Positions 1 through 9,480 of a DNA stretch of 64,000 bases are shown one piece after another. The translations under genes and the position numbers were made by a program. The DNA is from a virus. The stretch is from positions 1 through 64,000 of the IMG/VR virus record IMGVR_UViG_3300030061_002429, one strand, 5' to 3'. Within the stretch, counting starts at the first letter, position 1; each line of letters opens with the position of its first letter. The notes beneath the pieces were generated by a model. The model did no database searches. It saw only the letters and a list, made by a program, of their open reading frames with translations, and had not been told where the DNA came from.

Positions 1-85
1 TATGGGTTGGGTTCAAGGGACGCTATTCATGGGGGCTTGCGTGTAACGAGGTGTTATGCTATAGGCGTAGGGAAAAGGTCGCCGT

Positions 86-264
86 CATAGCACGTATGCG
101 TGCTATGCGTAGGCGAGGGGCGAGAGCCGTACGCTATGCCCCCGCAAGTACCCCGTTCTATAGACCGTGGCACTGCGCCATAGCACAGACCCATAGCACA
201 GCCCCCAGTGGGGGCATAGCACGCCCCTTAGACGGAGGGATAGCATAGCATAAACCCATAGCAC
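86..264. repeat. GC-rich non-coding region with iterated CATAGCAC motif and inverted repeats
   Basis: CATAGCAC at 86, 179, 192, 215 and 257; hairpin CATAGCACG-tatg-CGTGCTATG at 86-107; 11-bp inverted repeat 133-143/210-220; followed by an A/T tract at 291-320. Confidence 0.8.
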
Positions 265-341
265 TTCTTTTAGTCACGCACACCTTTCCGAGAAAAAAAA
301 TTTCAAACAAAATTTTTATGGTGAAACTACCTCCGAACACC

Positions 342-620
342 ATGAGCCAGTCGTTTAACATAGCATGGTCTATGTTAAAACAAGACTTCCGTGAGGCAAT
401 GGAGTCGCAAGTAGACCCACAGGGTCAATTGGCGCAAGCATTGGCTATGGCTCGACAGCAGGGACAGGCTCCGCCTATCCAGTTTGCACCAAGACTACCG
501 CAACCTCAAACAATGCCTCAAGACCCACGTCAAACAACCCTACCGCCTGAATTTATTGGTGATGCAACTGTAGGTCGTGACTTTAGTCAAGCCTTGCAAA
601 ACATCAAGCCAAAGCGGTGA
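342..620 (+). CDS. small Q/P-rich protein with N-terminal AWxxLK tag
   Basis: ORF 318..620; ATG 342 gives MSQSFNIAWSMLK; TTTTAT about 25 nt upstream; contains DPRQTTLPPEF. Confidence 0.7.
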   Translation: MSQSFNIAWSMLKQDFREAMESQVDPQGQLAQALAMARQQGQAPPIQFAPRLPQPQTMPQDPRQTTLPPEFIGDATVGRDFSQALQNIKPKR

Positions 621-624
621 ACAA

Positions 625-1389
625 ATGAACGCCTTTGACATTGCTTGGTCTTTGCTCAAAGAAGACGACACAATGCAATACGGTGAACGAGCAGTAAATC
701 GGCAAAGAGTACTGCCAAGTGATGGCTCATCTTTCATGCCTGTGCTTGCTGATTCAGCAGAAGTCATAGACAGGGAATTTGCAGAAGGTTTAGCACGTCG
801 AATGGACACAAGCCCACCTAAAACACCAACAAAAGTTGTACGCTATCCTGAAGGTAATTGGGGCGATAAGTATGTTCTTGAAGATGATGAAAGAAATGAA
901 TATTCACAAGTTAGCGGAATGGTAAGAGATTCTTGGGATAAAGGATTCAATGAACGTCAAGGAATATCAACTGTAAATCCTACATTATCAAGCATAATGT
1001 CCGAAACAAAACATGGTGAACGACGCAAAGGACATTACGAAAGACTGTTAAATACAATACTGCAAAACAATATGAACATACATTCAACCTCAAGAAATTA
1101 TGCATCTGAACCATTTCATCAAAAATTTCAAGGTCGTTTAGCACCAAATATTGAAATGCATACACGATACAATAGTATTGGAAAACCAAAATTTCTTTAC
1201 ATGAAAAACCCAATCAAAGACTCAAAACAACAAGCGGTGCGTAATGTACAGGGTTGGGGTGACTTGCAACCTGATTACAATACGTTACCGCTTGTTAATT
1301 TTCAAGATACAATCAAGCCACAATTAGGTAATTTGTTTGAACAACATTATGGTACAAATCAAACAAGTCTTAACGACTTTGGTCAATAA
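625..1389 (+). CDS. tagged protein with GNAT-like acetyltransferase domain and C-terminal PIP-like motif
   Basis: GGTGA RBS then MNAFDIAWSLLK; ERRKGHYERLL resembles GNAT motif A and SEPFHQKF motif B; ends QTSLNDFGQ. Confidence 0.55.
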   Translation: MNAFDIAWSLLKEDDTMQYGERAVNRQRVLPSDGSSFMPVLADSAEVIDREFAEGLARRMDTSPPKTPTKVVRYPEGNWGDKYVLEDDERNEYSQVSGMVRDSWDKGFNERQGISTVNPTLSSIMSETKHGERRKGHYERLLNTILQNNMNIHSTSRNYASEPFHQKFQGRLAPNIEMHTRYNSIGKPKFLYMKNPIKDSKQQAVRNVQGWGDLQPDYNTLPLVNFQDTIKPQLGNLFEQHYGTNQTSLNDFGQ

Positions 1390-2000
1390 AACAATTGCTG
1401 TGGTTGGAACAACGGTTCTTCCATTTTCTCGTCTTCTGTTTCCGCTAAACGGCGAATAATGTCTTCTGTAAACGGTGTGGTATTGTGAACAAGGGTTTCG
1501 TCTTTACCGTTGACAATTTCGTGATTTCTATCAAGTGTTTTGATGCTGTCACGCAACTCTTCGCTTAGTGCGCTTGGTAGTTGCAGTGTGCCTTTAAGAA
1601 GTCGAAGGTCATCAAGTACACCTTGCAACTGCTTTTGCATAGTACCTGCACCAACTTTTGCTTTTTCAGCCATTTGCATAGACCGATTTTGTTGGTCTGT
1701 TTTGCGTTGTTGTTCCATTTGTTGCTCATGTTGTTTTTTCTGTTGTGCCATTTGCGTTGCAACTAAACCTGCTTGTACTTTTTTATCGCCTAATTTTTCA
1801 GTAACAGCACCTACTTTTTGCCCCACGGACGATTGCGCTACTTTTTGTCCGACTTCTTTAGCAGCACCAGCAGCACCACGAGCAAGGTTTGCAGTACCAG
1901 TAGCAAGTGCTCTTGCTCCTGTAGCAGTTGCAACTTTACCTGCTAATGCTCCTAACGCAAGTAATGGAGCCGCTTTGACTACCAATATCTTGTGGCCCAT
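1383..2000 (-). CDS. hypothetical Ala/Gln-rich helical protein
   Basis: ORF 1383..2087; likely start MGHKILVVKAAP at 2000 (or 2015), divergent from the 2052 gene; hydrophobic Ala/Gly stretch followed by a Q-rich coiled coil. Confidence 0.7.
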   Translation of the reverse strand: MGHKILVVKAAPLLALGALAGKVATATGARALATGTANLARGAAGAAKEVGQKVAQSSVGQKVGAVTEKLGDKKVQAGLVATQMAQQKKQHEQQMEQQRKTDQQNRSMQMAEKAKVGAGTMQKQLQGVLDDLRLLKGTLQLPSALSEELRDSIKTLDRNHEIVNGKDETLVHNTTPFTEDIIRRLAETEDEKMEEPLFQPQQLFY

Positions 2001-2051
2001 GACACTCGTAGACATCGGTATTTCTAAATTGTATCGTTGCCTCGCACGAGT

Positions 2052-3722
2052 ATGGTCGGGGCAAAGCCTGTGCTTGTACTTAAGCAACAGACTCGTCTTA
2101 GCGACTTTTATCCAGTGACATTACCTGAAATACAAACACCACAAGAAGAAGAATATTGGCGAACATTACATCAACAAAGCCTAAACAACCCTGCGAGATT
2201 TCAAAGAAGTCTTGGGGGCTTTCTACAACAGCAATTACCCGAAGTTTCACCGTTATCAGCAGAACAGCAATTAAACATGCATCTTGACGAGTTGCGAGCC
2301 GGAACAGAAAATCCTGAAGACATCGTGCAAGAATACGTTGAAGATATGCAAAACAGAAGATATGCTTCAAATGTTCCCCAAAAATTAAGTGAACGAACAA
2401 AGAAAGAAATAATGCGTGCCATAGATACAACGCCGCTTTTCGATAATTACGACAAATTTGACCGTTTAGTTGATACTATACCATACAAAGAAGGAAAAAC
2501 TTGGGACAATAAAATATTAGAAAGTATACGCAATACTCCACAATTTCGTGATTACTTTGGTCGTCAAACTACGTTGCCTGAGCATTTTCCCTCATATCAT
2601 ACCGAAGATTGGCTTGACCCTGAAACTGGCTTAGTGCGTGAAGGCGCAGTAGCCCCTGTAACGGCTGTACGTCGTGCAAATAGCAGTGACATTATGGCTG
2701 GTATGGCGCAAACAGGTGGTGGTTTAATACCGCTTCCAAACGATAGCAATGAAACTTTTGAAAGTCGAAGTACAGCAAAAGTTCCGTTGCTTATGGAATC
2801 ACAAAATCCACCACTTGAACACTTTCAAGGTGGGTACTTTTTGACTACACCGTATGCTGATGATTTAGACCGTTCTGTTACAACACACAGTACAGATGCA
2901 CTTATTGGAGTTCGTGGATTTGGCGCACCAAGCGGTGATATATTCCAAGCACGACCAGCAGGTATGACAAAAGAAGGTGCAACAGAAGCCATTGTACACA
3001 GCCGTATACCCCCTGAACGCCTTGTTCCACTTCGATATGTTGACACAAGAATAGAATATGATAATGAAAATAAACCGTTTTCAGTTAAGCAATCAAAACC
3101 ATCTTTTCTTACACAAAACGACATAAGAAATTTCTTTCGACCAAAAAGAGCAACCGATTTTCGTCAAGCCATAGGTCAAGAAAAAGATGAGTCATCTTCA
3201 CGCAATCAAAAGTTTGACTACATCCGTGACCATTTACCGTTTATGCAGTTTGCGCCTCCTGAATTTGATGAAATGATTGATAGGCATGGAATGCCAGTCG
3301 CACTTACAAACGAAGAAAAAAACCGTTTTTTAGAAGCAATGGAAGAGGAAAATCGAGCGCATCATAGGGATATGAAAACTCCTGAACGTAGATTAAAAGA
3401 AAAACTTGATTTATTGCGTGAATTGGGTGTAAGTAATTGGTATGATAGAAGAAATAACATAACACCTCCAACACTACGTGATGTAACACTACCTCAAACA
3501 TGGGGTGACCCGATGGCATCACTAAAAAACGCACCACCTCACGTAAAAAATGCGCTTATTGATTTGTTTAATCGAAGATTTTATACCAATTATCCGACCA
3601 ATGACTATTTAGAAACGTTGGGTGCGTTACCCGTACCCGAAGAACAAAAACAAAAAGTACTTGAAAGTGCAAACAATCCAGAAAAGACAGATTTTCAAAC
3701 CTTAGGCGAACTATTTGGATAA
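2052..3722 (+). CDS. tagged protein with PIP box and ADP-ribosyltransferase-like domain
   Basis: PVLVLK then QTRLSDFY (canonical QxxLxxFY); VTAVRR...GGYFLTT...LIGVR...TEAIVHSRIPPERL pattern shared with the 61244 and 61748 ORFs. Confidence 0.5.
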   Translation: MVGAKPVLVLKQQTRLSDFYPVTLPEIQTPQEEEYWRTLHQQSLNNPARFQRSLGGFLQQQLPEVSPLSAEQQLNMHLDELRAGTENPEDIVQEYVEDMQNRRYASNVPQKLSERTKKEIMRAIDTTPLFDNYDKFDRLVDTIPYKEGKTWDNKILESIRNTPQFRDYFGRQTTLPEHFPSYHTEDWLDPETGLVREGAVAPVTAVRRANSSDIMAGMAQTGGGLIPLPNDSNETFESRSTAKVPLLMESQNPPLEHFQGGYFLTTPYADDLDRSVTTHSTDALIGVRGFGAPSGDIFQARPAGMTKEGATEAIVHSRIPPERLVPLRYVDTRIEYDNENKPFSVKQSKPSFLTQNDIRNFFRPKRATDFRQAIGQEKDESSSRNQKFDYIRDHLPFMQFAPPEFDEMIDRHGMPVALTNEEKNRFLEAMEEENRAHHRDMKTPERRLKEKLDLLRELGVSNWYDRRNNITPPTLRDVTLPQTWGDPMASLKNAPPHVKNALIDLFNRRFYTNYPTNDYLETLGALPVPEEQKQKVLESANNPEKTDFQTLGELFG

Positions 3723-3730
3723 GTGATTCT

Positions 3731-6382
3731 ATGTTTACAAATTGGAAAAGAAATGCGGATAAAGAAACCCGCTTAAATCCGTTATCTATAGATAATATTG
3801 ATGCTCTTACCATTGCCTCATTACGTGGTATGGGTACAACGCCTGAAAAATTTCGTTCAAATGTACAGCAAGACATGCCTGAAGATATTATGGAACAAGG
3901 CGAAGAAATCATGCGTAGAAATCCAAAAGTAACAATGCCTGAATCGCATTTTAAACTGCAAGGTGCTCAAGAACAACAAATGATGGATGATATAGAACTT
4001 GAAATTCCTGAATTTGAGTTTAATGAAGAAGAGGCATTAAAAAACGCAAGAATGCAAGAAATGAATCGTGAAATACCGATACAACGAATGAATGAAGCAT
4101 ACAAAAAAACATACAAAGACCACGTTATGCAAGCCTTTGAGAAACACAAAGCATTCATGCAAAGTCTTGGTAACCAACCAATGACTGCTCAAGAGTTTAT
4201 GCAACATCCAAAAGTGCCTTCGCTAACCGATTACATCAATCAAGCAAAAGAAGGCACAATGCCCGGTGGAGATAATGCAGACGAACATCCGTTTGCTATG
4301 ACGCACCCTAAAGAGTTCATTCAACATAGAGATGGTACAGGCGATATATTACCACCAATTGGAATGGGAGGGACATTTAGAAACGATGACCCATTTATCC
4401 CCGTCATCACAGGCGAGCCAATGGACTTAGCAATGGACATCTTGCTTAAAGCGGGGCAATTCCAAAGTGCCGCACAGCGTCGTATTTACAGTGAAATACC
4501 AACGCTTGAAGAACGTGGATTAGAAGCAAAAGATGTTCCATTCATACGAAATATAGGTGTACATCGTATAGAAAGTGCTAATATGCCAGCATTCAACATT
4601 CCAGTGCCACTTCGTGGTGAACGACCCGGTGACCCATTACGATTTGAACGTGATGTTTATGCAAGTGGCGGTGCAACCATACCCGGTTTTACGCCTGATT
4701 ATCAAATACCTGATGACCCTCGTAAAGAAATTCAAGGAACGTTTGTTTATTCGAATGATTTACAATCACTTTCACCTGAATTAAGAATGGGTTATCCTGA
4801 TTTTAATTGGGGAATCGGTGATACTGTAACACTTGGTATACTTGACAAACCTGAATGGCTTGCAGGTCAAGCACATGGAAGAACCCAACCCGAAGGGTAT
4901 CAACCATTTGGCTTTGATAAGGACGCATTTGTACGTTTAGACGATGGTTTGGGAACAGCCGCTATTGCTCCACGAAGAGAATTGGTATCATCAGCAAGAA
5001 GACTCTTAACAGGTAACCCACTTACAGGTGATGAGTACAAGTATTATGATTACAAACCACTTTACGATATGTTGTCAAAATTACCAGCGACAACTCTTGA
5101 AAGCCAACGTGACCCAGTAACAGGTTATCTTCCTAAAACATCTGATTTTCTTCTTGACCGTACAGGCGGCGCAAGAATCGTTGCCAGCGAACCAATGGAC
5201 TTGGCAATAGACGCATTGCTCAAGCGTGACTTTGATTCTTGGGAAGTTCACCCCGGTGAAAATCAATACAAACACAATTACAAAATGCCAAATCCTGATG
5301 ATGTACACCCCGAATGGTATGATTGGCTTCATGAAGTTATTAACGAGCCGTGGGAATACGAAGGAATTATGGATGATTATCAACAACCCGACATAGACCA
5401 CTTAACAGGTGCTACATCTCGTGAAGATTTCTTTGAAAGATTATATGATTTACATAATTTTCAAGTTGATGATGCATCACCTCCGCATAACATTATTGAC
5501 GGTGTTCGTAATTTTACTGATATACCATTCAACGAAGAAACAGGCTTTACTCGTAGCGAACCAATGGACTTGGCAATAGACGCATTGCTTAAGCGTGAAC
5601 TTCACCCCGGTTATCCTGAAGATATGTCAATTGAAGACATGATAAATGCTGGACACGATTATCCTTTTAACAAAGATAAATACCCTGACGGGTATCTTGC
5701 TAATTATCCTGAAGAACACATTGAAGAGTATGGAAAAAAACCGTTTAATCCAACTGAACCCGGTGAACAACCTTTACATGTAGGATTAAACGGTCTTCCT
5801 CCATACTCTCAACGTGATATTGATGCTCACCGTGAACAAATGTATCGTGAAACACTTGAAAGAATGAACGCAATAGATAACAGTAGAGATAATGAATCGT
5901 GGGCTAAATGGGTAGCAAGTGAAGCAATGCCACCTGCACCACAGGATTCACCATTACGTTTAACAAGACAAATAATGGTTCCAGTAAAAAATGCTGATGA
6001 AAATGATGTAGACGCTTTAATGGATATGCCTGATGAAACAGGGGCAACAGTAGTACAATCATTTGCAGGTATACCGATGAATGAAAAAACAGGTTTCACT
6101 CGTAGCGAGCCAATGGCATTAGCAATGGATGCATTGCTCAAAGACCTGTCACCTGAAGCCAAGCGTCACAAGTTGGAGTACGACAAGAAGTACGAGTCCA
6201 GTCCTGAACGAGTCAAGTATCGAGAGGAATTAAACCGTGAGCGACGGCGACGTGGTATCTACGGCAGTGGCGACCACATGGACGTGTCGCATACAGAAGG
6301 CGGAAAACTGACACTGGAATCCGAACATGACAATCGAGCAAGGCATTTTAAGGACAAAGGGACACTACGACCCAGTGATTGA
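3731..6382 (+). CDS. modular polyprotein with four EPMxLAxDxLLK linkers and C-terminal HNH-like domain
   Basis: 883 aa; linkers at 4415, 5189, 5558 and 6107; last module GDHMDVSH...LESEHDNRARH resembles short phage HNH domains. Confidence 0.7.
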   Translation: MFTNWKRNADKETRLNPLSIDNIDALTIASLRGMGTTPEKFRSNVQQDMPEDIMEQGEEIMRRNPKVTMPESHFKLQGAQEQQMMDDIELEIPEFEFNEEEALKNARMQEMNREIPIQRMNEAYKKTYKDHVMQAFEKHKAFMQSLGNQPMTAQEFMQHPKVPSLTDYINQAKEGTMPGGDNADEHPFAMTHPKEFIQHRDGTGDILPPIGMGGTFRNDDPFIPVITGEPMDLAMDILLKAGQFQSAAQRRIYSEIPTLEERGLEAKDVPFIRNIGVHRIESANMPAFNIPVPLRGERPGDPLRFERDVYASGGATIPGFTPDYQIPDDPRKEIQGTFVYSNDLQSLSPELRMGYPDFNWGIGDTVTLGILDKPEWLAGQAHGRTQPEGYQPFGFDKDAFVRLDDGLGTAAIAPRRELVSSARRLLTGNPLTGDEYKYYDYKPLYDMLSKLPATTLESQRDPVTGYLPKTSDFLLDRTGGARIVASEPMDLAIDALLKRDFDSWEVHPGENQYKHNYKMPNPDDVHPEWYDWLHEVINEPWEYEGIMDDYQQPDIDHLTGATSREDFFERLYDLHNFQVDDASPPHNIIDGVRNFTDIPFNEETGFTRSEPMDLAIDALLKRELHPGYPEDMSIEDMINAGHDYPFNKDKYPDGYLANYPEEHIEEYGKKPFNPTEPGEQPLHVGLNGLPPYSQRDIDAHREQMYRETLERMNAIDNSRDNESWAKWVASEAMPPAPQDSPLRLTRQIMVPVKNADENDVDALMDMPDETGATVVQSFAGIPMNEKTGFTRSEPMALAMDALLKDLSPEAKRHKLEYDKKYESSPERVKYREELNRERRRRGIYGSGDHMDVSHTEGGKLTLESEHDNRARHFKDKGTLRPSD
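5186..5598 (+). repeat. 44-nt direct repeat encoding the linker peptide
   Basis: AGCGAACCAATGGACTTGGCAATAGACGCATTGCT(C/T)AAGCGTGA at 5186-5229 and 5555-5598, one mismatch; more diverged copies at 4415 and 6107. Confidence 0.9.
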
Positions 6383-6383
6383 T

Positions 6384-6983
6384 ATGACACCAATGCAAGA
6401 GGCTTGGCAGATTTTAAAAACCGAGTTTTTGTTTGAAAATGCTCCAAGAGAGCAAACTATACCTGCTGGTCTTGTCTCTCATAGTTTTAGTCCCGACTGG
6501 CTTTCAAACATTGAAAGTAATCCCGCCGAAGCGGAAATCAACTTAGGCCATAGTAAATTTCCACAAGAGGTAGAAAAAATAACAGGCGGTGAATTTCAAA
6601 CGCCTGAATACCCATACGATAGAGAAGGCGTAATCAATAGTTATTGGAAAAATTATGATAAGAAGTTTGACCCCGCACTTATTGACAGTATGACTGATTT
6701 ACTACGACACGAATCTGTGCATGAAACTCTCAATAACGTTCCTGAAATGAGACAAGCACTTGCTCATGCAGTTAGTGAAGCCAAGAAAGGTAATTTAGAA
6801 CCTTACAAGCAGTGGTTGGTTGTCCACGAAACTATGGCTAATTTTCAACCACCTAATTTTAAAGGTGAAAAAGAAAACGTCAAGAATTACATATGGAATA
6901 ATCCTAAGTTTAGTCACAGTGAGTTGTATGAAGAAGCGCAAAAAGTCAAACAAGGTGGATGGAAAAGAGGTGAAAAACAATGA
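6384..6983 (+). CDS. tagged putative zincin metallopeptidase
   Basis: Starts MTPMQEAWQILK; LLRHESVHETL (HExxH) with a downstream Glu in VHETMA. Confidence 0.55.
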   Translation: MTPMQEAWQILKTEFLFENAPREQTIPAGLVSHSFSPDWLSNIESNPAEAEINLGHSKFPQEVEKITGGEFQTPEYPYDREGVINSYWKNYDKKFDPALIDSMTDLLRHESVHETLNNVPEMRQALAHAVSEAKKGNLEPYKQWLVVHETMANFQPPNFKGEKENVKNYIWNNPKFSHSELYEEAQKVKQGGWKRGEKQ

Positions 6984-7486
6984 CACCAATGCAAGAGGCT
7001 TGGCTGTTATTGAAAATGCCTATTGTTGATAATTCTATACAACAAACAAGTGATAATCGTTTTGAAGCACAATTTCGTGACCCAAAAACAAACAAAATTT
7101 ATCCTATGATTGCAGAAGAAAATCCAAAATTTGGTGTAATGAATGTAGGTATTTATCCGTCACAGCCGACAATTTTAGGTACTCCTACGGCTCTTGATGC
7201 AATGGATTTAACAGATGATGACATAAATGATGATGTAATAGATTCACTCGGTCTTGGATTATCCAATGCTGAATTAAGTGTAGCCGACCGCTATGGTGAT
7301 GGACATGATTCAGACAACTATTGGGAATCAAATATGACGTGGACGCATCCTCTACACAGAAGACGTGGATATGCTACAGCGTTGTATAATTTAATAAATC
7401 AAATCAGTCCTCGTCAAATAAGACCGAGTGATAATCAATCTGATGAAGGAAAATTATTTTGGTCTAAAAGGAGGCGACCTGAATGA
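6980..7486 (+). CDS. tagged GNAT-family acetyltransferase
   Basis: GAGGTGA RBS; MTPMQEAWLLLK; WTHPLHRRRGYATALY is a GNAT acetyl-CoA motif A, followed by QSDEGKLFW. Confidence 0.7.
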   Translation: MTPMQEAWLLLKMPIVDNSIQQTSDNRFEAQFRDPKTNKIYPMIAEENPKFGVMNVGIYPSQPTILGTPTALDAMDLTDDDINDDVIDSLGLGLSNAELSVADRYGDGHDSDNYWESNMTWTHPLHRRRGYATALYNLINQISPRQIRPSDNQSDEGKLFWSKRRRPE

Positions 7487-7638
7487 CACGATGTAAGATG
7501 CTTGACGAATGGTTTGACGACGAATCAAAGCGTATTGATTCTATAGAAGCGAAGACTGGGCTTGAATTTGTAACTGGAGAGCCTAAGTCAAAAAAGTCAC
7601 TTTGGTCACGTTGGTCAAAGTTATGGTCATTCAAATGA
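7483..7638 (+). CDS. 51-aa hypothetical protein with Trp/Lys amphipathic C-terminus
   Basis: Not in the ORF track; AGGAGG RBS, ATGA overlap with the previous stop; MTRCKMLDEWF...SLWSRWSKLWSFK. Confidence 0.6.
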   Translation: MTRCKMLDEWFDDESKRIDSIEAKTGLEFVTGEPKSKKSLWSRWSKLWSFK

Positions 7639-7797
7639 GTACTACTCTTAATTATAATATAATTGTAGTACCTATGAATAAATGACTATTGTATTGGTCA
7701 ATTTAGTGACTATACCTGTGAATAAAGTGAATAAAGCGGTAAAGTGACCATAGCGAAACGTTTATGTTGCCCATTATTTTGACCAACAGTGAGAACG

Positions 7798-8325
7798 ATG
7801 CAGGGCAGTACTGAAAATTCGGACGCTGAAATACGACTAATGGGGCTTATTTTGTCGCAATCCGCACTGGTTGGGTTGGCAATTGGAATCTTTGACAAGG
7901 ACATTTGGCTCAACCACGACGACCCAATGGTAAACGGTTTTACCTACGCAATGGCAGCATTCTTTGTGCAAGGTATTGCGTACTATTTCTTCAAAATGTT
8001 CTTTGAACAGAACATGCAAGAGCGTGTACGTATACAACAATCCGAGCGACAACGCCAAACTCGATACCGTTCTTTGCAAACCAACTTCGATAATCGTCGT
8101 GCCGACATGGAGTTGCGTATGCAAGAAGCGCAACTTGAGCGTGAACTGCGATGGATGGAAGAAAACCCCGGTAAAATGCCTCCATCATGGGGCGTACAAG
8201 GTGGCTCTCCTTCATTGGTAAGCCAGTACGATGAAAATCAACTTAATGTATATCCTCCAAAACACGAGGCTATTGTCGATAAACCAATTAACTTGGGTAT
8301 CAAAGAGGAAGAAAAGAAAGAGTGA
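7798..8325 (+). CDS. two-TM membrane protein with coiled-coil tail
   Basis: Two hydrophobic segments (LMGLILSQSALVGLAIGIF; FTYAMAAFFVQGIAYYFF) then a Q/E/R coiled coil. Confidence 0.75.
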   Translation: MQGSTENSDAEIRLMGLILSQSALVGLAIGIFDKDIWLNHDDPMVNGFTYAMAAFFVQGIAYYFFKMFFEQNMQERVRIQQSERQRQTRYRSLQTNFDNRRADMELRMQEAQLERELRWMEENPGKMPPSWGVQGGSPSLVSQYDENQLNVYPPKHEAIVDKPINLGIKEEEKKE

Positions 8326-8336
8326 GGTGAACCCGC

Positions 8337-8591
8337 ATGGGTCGCATATTCAAAACGCCAAGTGATGACAGCACCGAAGCAACACTTCGTGCCATGCATA
8401 CGCAAAACACACTTGACAATTATTACGAAAAGGGTTGGGGATGGCTTCGTACCATACTGTTTACATTGTTTGCTGTTTTGGCAACGAGCCTGTGGGAAAA
8501 ACACACAGATGCATCGGTATGGGACAACACAGTAGAATGGTTTGTAGGTAAAGTCGAAGACTTTGGTAACTGGGTTTTGGGGTTGTTCTAA
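8337..8591 (+). CDS. small membrane protein
   Basis: GAGGTGA RBS; WLRTILFTLFAVLATSLW hydrophobic helix and amphipathic C-terminus. Confidence 0.75.
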   Translation: MGRIFKTPSDDSTEATLRAMHTQNTLDNYYEKGWGWLRTILFTLFAVLATSLWEKHTDASVWDNTVEWFVGKVEDFGNWVLGLF

Positions 8592-9307
8592 TGGTAGACC
8601 CAGCAGGTTCAGCATTGGTTGGTGTCATGGTTTGGGGTCAAGCCCTTTACAATTCATGGCGACCACGACGTGTTGGAATCTATGGTGCGGGTATGGTCGG
8701 TAAAACAACACTTGACCGTTTTATGACAACGCCCGGTGAAATGGAAGATATATCTGAAGAAGAACGAACATTGCATCGTAAAATGCTCGGTAAGTACAAA
8801 ATGCCAAAACCAACACGTAAGCGTGTAAGTTGGAAAGGACACAAGCGTGTTGTGTATTCTTCTGACGTGGGTGGACAAGAACGTTTTTGGAATCTTTGGA
8901 TTGATGATATGGTTAATCGACAAGTTGAGGCTGTTGTTTACATGTTTGATGACCGAGCCTTCAAAGGTGGTAATGATGCATTACAACAAGTCGCAGGTTT
9001 CAAATTCCTTGTCGATGCTATTCTTAATCGACAATATCGTTACCGCAACTGGAAAGCACGACGCAAGGGCAAAAAGTACATGCCAAAACTGATTATGTTG
9101 GTTGCAAACAAGGCTGACCGTTTCTTCGATGATACTGCCGCAATGTTGTGGCAACAAGACCGCATAGGTGAACATAAGATATTCGACCCGTTTCGGGATG
9201 ATTTAATACGATTGCAACGTGGAGGTGTACCTACACGACGGTCGTTTATGGCTACAAGAATAGGGTGGAACGTTGAAAATACAATGGTCGATTTATTGAC
9301 AGCATAG
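8591..9307 (+). CDS. Arf/Ras-like small GTPase
   Basis: G1 GAGMVGKT, G3 DVGGQERFWNLW, G4 NKAD, G5-like MATRIGWNV; hydrophobic N-terminal helix. Confidence 0.9.
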   Translation: MVDPAGSALVGVMVWGQALYNSWRPRRVGIYGAGMVGKTTLDRFMTTPGEMEDISEEERTLHRKMLGKYKMPKPTRKRVSWKGHKRVVYSSDVGGQERFWNLWIDDMVNRQVEAVVYMFDDRAFKGGNDALQQVAGFKFLVDAILNRQYRYRNWKARRKGKKYMPKLIMLVANKADRFFDDTAAMLWQQDRIGEHKIFDPFRDDLIRLQRGGVPTRRSFMATRIGWNVENTMVDLLTA

Positions 9308-9315
9308 GTGAGCAC

Positions 9316-9480
9316 ATGACAAAAACAAACATTACGTCTGTAGGAAACAAAACACAAAGTCTACGTACGGTTATACCGTTGTGGATTGTAAAAGTCTTGA
9401 AACTGTCAAAAGGTGACAAGATTGAATGGGATGTCGATGTACACAATAGTACAATTGAAATTAAAAAGGTGAAAGAATGA
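9316..9480 (+). CDS. AbrB/MazE/SpoVT-type DNA-binding protein (54 aa)
   Basis: Not in the ORF track; AGGTGA RBS; SLRTVIPLWIVKVLKLSKGDKIEW matches the swapped-hairpin consensus. Confidence 0.75.
   Translation: MTKTNITSVGNKTQSLRTVIPLWIVKVLKLSKGDKIEWDVDVHNSTIEIKKVKE

Noticed and set aside
86-264. CRISPR array or tRNA
   Set aside because: Repeats are only 8 nt with irregular spacing, and I could not fold a cloverleaf
51-361. ORFs 51..248 (+) and 158..361 (-)
   Set aside because: They lie across the repeat/hairpin region, with no RBS and atypical composition
1540-2118. Cys-rich 192-aa + strand ORF
   Set aside because: Antisense shadow of the Ala/Gln-rich minus gene (GCA/CAA codons read as Cys/Leu on the other strand)
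1321-3719. Bacterial beta-clamp motif reading (QLGNLF, QTLGELF)
   Set aside because: Not excluded, but the best copies fit the PIP spacing QxxLxxF[FY] and the expression signals look archaeal
4415-6142. Linker repeats as a CRISPR mini-array or DGR template/variable repeats
   Set aside because: They are in-frame coding repeats hundreds of nt apart with mostly synonymous differences; no adenine-specific pattern and no reverse transcriptase in the window
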